Part shown: positions 57,607 to 64,000 of the stretch, one piece after another
Layout: each line of letters starts with the position of its first letter
How positions within the stretch are numbered: the stretch's first letter is position 1
Assembly: GCA_048538275.1 (NCBI GenBank)
Contig: JBLYPW010000002.1
Location: forward strand, 2,111 to 66,110
From: Candidatus Komeilibacteria bacterium
GTDB lineage: Bacteria > Patescibacteriota > Patescibacteriia > UBA1558
Direction of reading: 5' to 3'
Length of the DNA stretch: 64,000 bases
The notes under the pieces: model-generated
Told to the model about the DNA's origin: nothing
Seen by the model: only the letters and a program-made list of their open reading frames with translations
The model's database searches: none
Program-made: the position numbers and the translations under genes

Positions 57607-58023
57607 ATGCCTAATGTAGCACGTAATTTTTTTCCTGGTAGCATTCACCATGTTTATAATAGGGCTAATGCAGGATTGATTATTTTTAGAAATGACAGGG
57701 ATTATGCTTATTTTTTGCATAGAATTAGTGTTTATAGGAAAAGAACCAGAGTTCATATCATCACTCAAGCCGTGTTACCAAACCATTGGCATTTTCTTTT
57801 GCAAGAGCCTAATGATGTGATAGGCAATAATAAATTACCCGCTATTTCAAAATTTGTGTCCTTATTATCTAATTCTTATACTAGATATTTTCAGTTAAAA
57901 TATGGTTATTTGGGGAGAATATTCCAGGGGCAGTTTAAGTCTAAGTGGGTTGAAGATGATGATTATTATGCTTATTTAATTGATTATATAACTCATAATA
58001 AGTTGCATCACCGCCAACCTTGA
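57607..58023 (+). CDS. RAYT-C, an IS200-like HuH transposase (about 138 aa from the ATG at 57607; the ORF track begins at the TTG at 57592). The 3' palindrome possibly truncates its C-terminus.
   Basis: MPNVARNFFPGSIHHVYNRA parallels the RAYT-A N-terminus. HuH motif VLPNHWHFLLQE. C-terminal YAYLIDYITHN. The stop is created inside the family 4 palindrome. Confidence 0.75.
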   Translation: MPNVARNFFPGSIHHVYNRANAGLIIFRNDRDYAYFLHRISVYRKRTRVHIITQAVLPNHWHFLLQEPNDVIGNNKLPAISKFVSLLSNSYTRYFQLKYGYLGRIFQGQFKSKWVEDDDYYAYLIDYITHNKLHHRQP

Positions 58024-58048
58024 AGGTCTAGACCTTCAAGGTTGGCGG
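58011..58048. repeat. Palindrome family 4 copy (ccgccaaccttgaaggtctagaccttcaaggttggcgg), 3' flank of RAYT-C.
   Basis: Perfect 38-bp palindrome overlapping the last codons of RAYT-C. Confidence 0.85.
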
Positions 58049-58129
58049 CTAGCTTGACCAGCTTGTTTTAATTTGTTAGTTTATAGTCTTATCGGACTTT
58101 AATAATTACATAGTATAAAAGGAGGAAGT

Positions 58130-59338
58130 ATGAGCTTTTTAGGTGGGAGGATTCGCCGTCTTCGTTTTAAGCATGAAGAAAAGATGGTTTATTGTTTAGT
58201 CAGAGCTGATATTTGGCAGAGTGACGCGGCTGTGATTCGGCAACCAGCTGCGCTAGCGGGAAAGATTTTAGTCGGCACTTGGCAGCGCTTGGATAATATT
58301 TATGATAATTTAGCCAGCGCTAAAAAACATGCATTTAGTCGTCAAGACAGGCGCTATATGCTACTTGATAATATCTGGGCTGCTCATCGTCAAGCTAATT
58401 ATATTTTGATTGGCATTGGCAAAAATAAATTTCAGGGCGAAAGAAAAGTCTTGCGCGAGTTAAGACGTCTCACCAGAGTTTATCACAACCGCACGGCAAA
58501 TTTGAGTAAAGAAAATGTCGCGGCCATATTCAGTGATTATCAAAAAGATATTGATAGAGTACGTAAAGAACTCATCAATAGCAAAGCTTTGCTCAAGCAA
58601 GACGCCTTACAAAAATGGGAAAGTATTGCTGGCGGTCAAGACATTCTTGGTCGGCTAAATAAACAGGCAACGGGCGCTAAGTTATGGAAGGCGGGAGATG
58701 ATTTGTCAGCGCGCTTGGCGGATTTAAGAGCTGTTTACAGCAAAGCCGTTGTTCATGCTGCTACCTTTGCGGGTCAAATTGATCTGGTAGTAGAGCTGCT
58801 TTGGGCCGTTGAAAACTGGGCTAAAATAATTCTTTTGGATGTGCAGAATCTTCGCTCTGAAGGTATTCATACAGCCTTAAGAACAGAGCTTGTTTGGCAT
58901 CAGCAGCAATTGCGAGAAATTGATTTTTCTCCCTATGTAGTCAGTAATGTTTATTGGGGTGAATTATTAACCACTGCAAATTCATTATTAAGCAATGAGT
59001 TGGTGCTAAGCAATATTAAGCGTTTGTGGCGCCTGTGTCGTATCAAGCGGATTCAATTGATAGTGGAAGAGATGATCGGTTTAATCAGCTATCATGATGC
59101 TGGTGATGCATATACTCAGTGGAGCGCTGAGTTGTCTAGAAAAAATCAGTTGATCAGCCGAATGTTTCGTGCTTATCGCGCATTGGCTTATGATCGTAAT
59201 TTGACCAGATATAAAAGGCTGCAATTGCGCTGGGATAATTTATCGGTTGTATTGGCTGATAATAAAGGTCATCGTTCGCACGCATTTTGGCAAGAGCACA
59301 AAGCCCAATTAAAGGAATTTTCGCAAAAATTGAATTAA
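58130..59338 (+). CDS. Hypothetical protein (402 aa), predicted helical or coiled-coil.
   Basis: Long ORF with an AGGAGG-like aaggaggaag RBS 6 nt upstream. No motif recognised. Confidence 0.55.
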   Translation: MSFLGGRIRRLRFKHEEKMVYCLVRADIWQSDAAVIRQPAALAGKILVGTWQRLDNIYDNLASAKKHAFSRQDRRYMLLDNIWAAHRQANYILIGIGKNKFQGERKVLRELRRLTRVYHNRTANLSKENVAAIFSDYQKDIDRVRKELINSKALLKQDALQKWESIAGGQDILGRLNKQATGAKLWKAGDDLSARLADLRAVYSKAVVHAATFAGQIDLVVELLWAVENWAKIILLDVQNLRSEGIHTALRTELVWHQQQLREIDFSPYVVSNVYWGELLTTANSLLSNELVLSNIKRLWRLCRIKRIQLIVEEMIGLISYHDAGDAYTQWSAELSRKNQLISRMFRAYRALAYDRNLTRYKRLQLRWDNLSVVLADNKGHRSHAFWQEHKAQLKEFSQKLN

Positions 59339-59352
59339 CCAAAAAAAGCTTA

Positions 59353-59392
59353 AACCCCGTTGTTTGAAATATAATCGGCGGGGTTTTTTAGT
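59353..59392 (+). terminator. Candidate intrinsic terminator.
   Basis: aaaccccg...cggggtttttt: an 8-bp stem with a long ~20-nt loop, then a T6 run, 15 nt after the stop at 59338. Confidence 0.4.
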
Positions 59393-59449
59393 TGACTTGT
59401 GATTAGTTTTTTGGTAATAAGTATGGTTTTTTTGTATTATTGGGTTAAT

Positions 59450-59478
59450 TTGCTAAATTGACTAAAATCCCCTATAAT
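59450..59478 (+). promoter_or_regulatory. Sigma70-like promoter TTGCTA-17 nt-TATAAT upstream of the GlyRS gene.
   Basis: -35 ttgcta at 59450-59455. A 17-nt spacer. -10 tataat at 59473-59478. Confidence 0.5.
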
Positions 59479-59500
59479 TTAGGGGTTAATTGTTATAAAT

Positions 59501-60913
59501 TTGCTAAAATACATGGCCCGACAAAAACAGTCAACAGACAATGGTTTGATGGAAAAAGTGGTGGCTTTGGCCAAGCGTCGCGGTTTTATTTTTCCTTCTT
59601 CAGAAATTTATGGAGGACTTGCTGCTACTTATGATTATGGTCCTTTGGGCGTGGAGTTAAAAAATAATATTAAACAGGCTTGGTGGAAAATGTTTGTTAC
59701 CGATAGACCAGACATGGTGGGCATTGATGCTGCCATTATTATGCATCCGAAAGTTTGGGAAGCGTCTGGCCATATTCAGAATTTTTCTGACCCTTTAGTG
59801 GATTGTAAACAATGTAAACGACGCTATCGGGCTGATCATTTATTGTCAGCAGACTCTTTAAGTCCGCAGTATGATAAAGCGCAGGCCCCTGAATTAGACA
59901 ATATTAAATGTCCAGAATGTGGCGGAGAATTGACGGCAGCGCGTAATTTTAATTTAATGTTTAAGACTCACATGGGTCCGGTGGAGGATGAAGGTGCGGA
60001 AGTATACTTGCGTCCGGAGACCGCTGGCGGCATGTTTGTTAATTTTAAAAATATTGTAGATACGATGCGCATGCGTATACCTTTTGGCATGGGGCAAGTT
60101 GGTAAAGCTTTTAGAAACGAGATAACCACGGAAAATTTTATTTTTCGGACAAGAGAATTTGAACAATTAGAAGTAGAATATTTTATTCACCCCCAAGATT
60201 GGCAGAAACATTTTGCCGATTGGTTGAAGATTATGGATGATTGGTGTGAGTTTATTGGTGTGCCCAAAGAAAATTATGTAAAGGTTGAAATAGATGAAAA
60301 GGATAGAGCTTTTTATTCAAAGCGGACAGTAGATTTTGAGTATAAATATCCATTTGGCCAAAAAGAATTATATGGCCTAGCGTACCGGACAGATTATGAT
60401 TTGACACAACACGCCAAGTTTTCTAAGCAAGATTTAACATATACAGACCCTATTACAAAAGAAAAATATATTCCTCATGTGATTGAGCCATCGCTAGGAC
60501 TTGATCGCTCGGTATTGGCTTGTTTATTGTCAGCTTATACAGAAATAGCCGGTGGCAGGTCAACCACTACAGATGCTATCAAAGATATAGAAGTGGTATT
60601 ACGCTTACCCTATGTTTTAGCGCCTATTAAAGTAGCTATTCTGCCCTTATCAAAGAAAGAACCATTAGCCAATTTGGCTAAAGAAATTGATGAGTTGTTA
60701 CGTCCGCATTGGCGAACGATGTATGATGAAACAGCTTCTATTGGTAAACGTTATCGTCGTCAGGATGAAATTGGTACACCATATTGCGTGACCGTGGATT
60801 TTGATAGTTTGGCAGATGGACAAGTGACTGTACGTGATCGTGATACCATGGAGCAAGTGAGAATAGCTATTACCGAGTTGCCTGATTATTTCAAAAATAA
60901 ATTAAATTTTTAA
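59501..60913 (+). CDS. glyQS: Glycine--tRNA ligase, alpha2 (GlyQS) type.
   Basis: MEKVVALAKRRGFIFPSSEIYGGLAATYDYGPLGVELKNNIKQAWW is the hallmark GlyRS N-terminus. The true start may be the internal ATG at 59549 (MEKVV...). Confidence 0.85.
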   Translation: MLKYMARQKQSTDNGLMEKVVALAKRRGFIFPSSEIYGGLAATYDYGPLGVELKNNIKQAWWKMFVTDRPDMVGIDAAIIMHPKVWEASGHIQNFSDPLVDCKQCKRRYRADHLLSADSLSPQYDKAQAPELDNIKCPECGGELTAARNFNLMFKTHMGPVEDEGAEVYLRPETAGGMFVNFKNIVDTMRMRIPFGMGQVGKAFRNEITTENFIFRTREFEQLEVEYFIHPQDWQKHFADWLKIMDDWCEFIGVPKENYVKVEIDEKDRAFYSKRTVDFEYKYPFGQKELYGLAYRTDYDLTQHAKFSKQDLTYTDPITKEKYIPHVIEPSLGLDRSVLACLLSAYTEIAGGRSTTTDAIKDIEVVLRLPYVLAPIKVAILPLSKKEPLANLAKEIDELLRPHWRTMYDETASIGKRYRRQDEIGTPYCVTVDFDSLADGQVTVRDRDTMEQVRIAITELPDYFKNKLNF

Positions 60914-60928
60914 GTTCATTTATATACA

Positions 60929-62221
60929 ATGTTAAAAAAGAAAATTCATGAACAGTTATTGGCTAATGGCGCGCGTGTTATTTTAGCGCCTCGCCAAGAA
61001 ACGGAAGCGGTTACTTTATTGGTAATGTTTGGCGTGGGTTCACGTCAGGAAAATGCCGACAACAATGGCGTTTCACATTTTATTGAGCATTTATTTTTTA
61101 AAGGAACGACCCATCGTCCATCCACTTTATTGATCAGCCAAGAATTGGATAAAATCGGTGCCAGTTATAATGCTTTTACCAGTAAAGATTATACCGGGTA
61201 TTATGTCAAAGTAGCTAAAAAACATTTACCCATAGCATTTGATATTTTATCCGATATGTTATTACATCCTTTATTTAAAGGAGTGGAAATAAATCGGGAG
61301 CGGGGAGTGATAATTGAAGAAATCAGAATGTATCAGGACAATCCCGCTTGGCATATTGGCGATATTTTGGAACAATCGGTTTATCGTGGTCATCCTTTAG
61401 GACAAGACATTGCCGGACCGGAAGAAATAATAGCCGGTATCAAGCGAAGTGACATTATCGGATATAGAGATAGTTTTTATGCGCCTGCTAATATGGTAAT
61501 TGCTCTGGCTGGTAACTTTAGCAAAACAACTGCTCATCATTATTTGCACCAATATTTTGACAAACCTTTTGGGCCCAATCAGGTAGCGAGTGGGGATCAT
61601 TTATTAGTACCAGCGCAAACGCAGCCACGTTTACAATTGGAGTATAAGGATACAGCCCAAGCGCAACTGGCTTTGGGGTGGGTAGCACCGGGTAAAATTA
61701 GCTCGGATTATTGGCCGTTATTGGTCATGGCTACAATTTTGGGGGGTAATATGAGTTCGCGTTTGTTTATCAATGTACGTGAACGTAATGGCTTGGCTTA
61801 TACCGTGAAGGCGGGTGTGGATGATCATCCTGATGTCAGCACTTTTTATGTACAGGCCGGTGTGGCTAAAGATAAGCTGGATAAAACTTTATCATTGATT
61901 TGGCGAGAGCTGAGGCAGGTTAAAAATAAACTGGTTACTAAAACAGAATTAGACAAGGCAAAAGATTATTTGCAGGGCAAATTAGTATTATCTTTAGAGG
62001 ATAGTTTTACAGAAGCATATCGTTTGGCCGAACAAACTTTATGGCAAGGCAAGGTGCAGAATATTGCGCGCACCAAGCGGGCGATCGCCGCAGTCACTCC
62101 TGCTCAAGTGCGTCAAATAGCTCGTCATATTTTAAATTCTGTAAATACAAATTTGGCCATTATCGGCCCTTATAAAAGTAAAACAAAATTTAAACAATGG
62201 TTAAATAAACAAACTATATGA
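60929..62221 (+). CDS. M16-family zinc metallopeptidase (insulinase/pitrilysin-like).
   Basis: Inverted zinc motif HFIEHLFFKGT (HxxEH). The overall M16 N-terminal domain pattern continues through NRERGVIIEEIRMYQDNP. Confidence 0.8.
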   Translation: MLKKKIHEQLLANGARVILAPRQETEAVTLLVMFGVGSRQENADNNGVSHFIEHLFFKGTTHRPSTLLISQELDKIGASYNAFTSKDYTGYYVKVAKKHLPIAFDILSDMLLHPLFKGVEINRERGVIIEEIRMYQDNPAWHIGDILEQSVYRGHPLGQDIAGPEEIIAGIKRSDIIGYRDSFYAPANMVIALAGNFSKTTAHHYLHQYFDKPFGPNQVASGDHLLVPAQTQPRLQLEYKDTAQAQLALGWVAPGKISSDYWPLLVMATILGGNMSSRLFINVRERNGLAYTVKAGVDDHPDVSTFYVQAGVAKDKLDKTLSLIWRELRQVKNKLVTKTELDKAKDYLQGKLVLSLEDSFTEAYRLAEQTLWQGKVQNIARTKRAIAAVTPAQVRQIARHILNSVNTNLAIIGPYKSKTKFKQWLNKQTI

Positions 62222-63261
62222 GTACAGACAACTTGACCATCAATATTTCCACACAGACTTTTATAAAAATATTGATTTTTATCATTGCTGTCGGTTTTAT
62301 TTATTTGGTGCGGGAAGCGGTAGCTTTGATTTTCATTGCTTTGATTTTAGCATCTGCTCTAGATCCTTTGGTGGATTGGTTGCGCAAATTTAAGATCCCA
62401 CGTGGTTTGGGCATTATTATTATTTATCTTGTATTGTTTGCTATTATTAGTGGTGTGATTATTTTAATAATTCCGCCCATAACTTCTGAATTAAAATTAA
62501 TAGCCAATGACTTTCCGGCTTATTATGAAAAGGTAATTTCCGGATTCAATTATTTGACGACCAATCGTAGTGAAATGGAGGTAGCTGATCAGATTCAAGG
62601 CAGCTTAGACTCTATTACCAGTAATCTTAGTCGAGCAGCGAGTGGTGCTTTTTCTACTTTGATGGATATTTTTGGCGGTATTATTTCCTTTTTCTTGGTA
62701 CTGGTCATTACTTTTTATTTTACCGTAGAGGAAGAGGGGATGAAGCGTTTTGTTCGTTCTATTAGCCCGGCCCATTATCAGCCATATTTAATGCAGTTGA
62801 TGGCGCGCATTCAACGTCGTTTAGGTTATTGGTTACGTGGGCAGCTGATTTTATCTTTAATAATATTTATTCTCACTTTTATTGGCTTGACTTTGCTCGG
62901 TGTAGAATATGCTTTATTATTAGCTTTGTTGGCCGGAGTGTTTGAAGTCATTCCTTATTTAGGACCGTTTTTAGGTGCAGTACCAGCTGTATTTTTAGCT
63001 TTTGCGCAATCGCCGGTCAAAGCTATGCTGGTTGCTATTTTATATGTGATTGTTCAGCAATTAGAAAATAATGTCATCGTGCCTAAAGTGATGAGCAAGT
63101 CTGTCGGTATCAATCCCTTGGTAGTCATAATTGTATTATTGATCGGTGGTAAATTGGGTGGAGTTGTTGGCATGGTATTGGCCGTACCGGTAGCAACCGC
63201 TATCTCTGTCTTTTTGGAAGATTTTATGGATAGAAGAATAAAACAAGCCGCCGATGCCTAA
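62218..63261 (+). CDS. AI-2E family transporter (PerM/UPF0118-type permease).
   Basis: Eight-TM pattern. The N-terminal LILASALDPLVDWLRKFKIPRGLGIIIIYLVLF and C-terminal LGPFLGAVPAVFLAF...VIVPKVMSKSVGINPLVVI blocks are characteristic. Confidence 0.7.
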   Translation: MSTDNLTINISTQTFIKILIFIIAVGFIYLVREAVALIFIALILASALDPLVDWLRKFKIPRGLGIIIIYLVLFAIISGVIILIIPPITSELKLIANDFPAYYEKVISGFNYLTTNRSEMEVADQIQGSLDSITSNLSRAASGAFSTLMDIFGGIISFFLVLVITFYFTVEEEGMKRFVRSISPAHYQPYLMQLMARIQRRLGYWLRGQLILSLIIFILTFIGLTLLGVEYALLLALLAGVFEVIPYLGPFLGAVPAVFLAFAQSPVKAMLVAILYVIVQQLENNVIVPKVMSKSVGINPLVVIIVLLIGGKLGGVVGMVLAVPVATAISVFLEDFMDRRIKQAADA

Positions 63262-63934
63262 TGTGAGCACCCTATTTATTGTAGCTACGCCTCTAGGTAA
63301 TTTAAATGATATTAGCTTGCGAGCTTTGGATACTTTACGCAATGTTGATGTTATAGCTTGTGAAGATACCCGTGTTTCTAGTAAGTTGCTGGCGCATTAT
63401 GACATCAGCAAACCTTTATTGTCATATTGGCAACACAGTAAATCAGTACAAACAGAGAAAGTATTGGCTTTATTGGGTCAAGGTAAAACGGTAGCTTTGT
63501 TGACTGATGCCGGGACGCCAGGCATAGCGGATCCAGGAGGACGATTGGTGGCCGCTGTTAGTTTGGCGGGTTATAATGTCATACCAGTGCCGGGACCGAG
63601 CGCTATTGTCACTGCGCTTAGTATTTCTGGTTTTGCGGCAGATGAATTTATGTTTTTTGGTTTTCTACCTCATAAAAAAGGACGACAAACAAAATTGCAA
63701 GAGGTGGTAACTACGACTACAACCGCTGTTTTATATGAGTCGGTTCACCGTATAGAAAAATTATTACAACAGTTGATTGAATATGGGATTGGCGACCGAC
63801 GCATTGTATTAGCTAGAGAATTAACAAAAAAATTTGAAACTATTTATCGGGGCACAGCAAAAGAAGTATTAGCACAATTATCTGCTGATACTATCAAAGG
63901 GGAGTTTGTATTAGTGATGGATAGAAAGAATTAA
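63254..63934 (+). CDS. rsmI: 16S rRNA (cytidine1402-2'-O)-methyltransferase RsmI (tetrapyrrole-methylase fold).
   Basis: LFIVATPLGNLNDISLRALDTLRNVDVIACEDTRVSSKLL...LLTDAGTPGIADPGGRLVAAV...IPVPGPSAIVTAL matches RsmI. Confidence 0.8.
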   Translation: MPNVSTLFIVATPLGNLNDISLRALDTLRNVDVIACEDTRVSSKLLAHYDISKPLLSYWQHSKSVQTEKVLALLGQGKTVALLTDAGTPGIADPGGRLVAAVSLAGYNVIPVPGPSAIVTALSISGFAADEFMFFGFLPHKKGRQTKLQEVVTTTTTAVLYESVHRIEKLLQQLIEYGIGDRRIVLARELTKKFETIYRGTAKEVLAQLSADTIKGEFVLVMDRKN

Positions 63935-64000
63935 ATTATGGAAAAGTTTTATATCACAACGCCTATATATTATGTCAACGACCCCGCCACGGACTCACTA

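Overview
The sequence is AT-rich and nearly all genes lie on the + strand, so it looks bacterial; the giant Gly/Ser/Thr-rich proteins and the small-genome housekeeping set suggest a CPR/Patescibacteria-type organism, but that is inference only. I had no tools, so every homology call below rests on motifs I recognised by eye and may be wrong. The window has three parts. (1) Positions 1-10.8 kb hold a 5'-truncated giant surface protein of more than 2,750 aa, followed by a polytopic GT-C-like membrane protein. Its repeat content is described in the feature entry for 3-8258. (2) Positions 11.4-44.8 kb hold a tandem array of seven giant paralogous genes of 1,093-1,912 aa. Each has an N-terminal signal-anchor. 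Three are built from LamG/concanavalin-A-like modules with or without CBM4/9-like modules. Four start with a DUF2341-like domain followed by LamG modules, and two of these also carry fibrinogen-like domains. Two paralogous small membrane proteins bracket the array. At least four families of short palindromic repeats are threaded through it. Three IS200-like HuH tyrosine transposases resembling REP-associated tyrosine transposases (RAYTs) also lie in or near it, and each sits beside a different palindrome family. The most unusual feature is a GC-rich 15-mer REP unit, AACCCCCGGCGTTGG, that has no stop codon in any of its six frames. It occurs as intergenic hairpins flanking a RAYT. It also occurs, translated in frame, at the 5' end of six of the seven giant paralogs, where it encodes NPRRWQPPAL. 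It is translated again inside the RAYT gene and at the C-terminus of a small protein. The two most similar paralogs share mosaic blocks of about 93 percent nucleotide identity, which points to gene conversion. (3) Positions 46.9-64 kb hold housekeeping genes: a MerR-like HTH protein, type-2 IleRS, a RecO-like protein, Tgt, a Clp-family ATPase whose first ATP-binding site is degenerate and which has an N-terminal membrane anchor, GlyRS, an M16 peptidase, an AI-2E transporter and RsmI. I found no CRISPR array and no reverse transcriptase.
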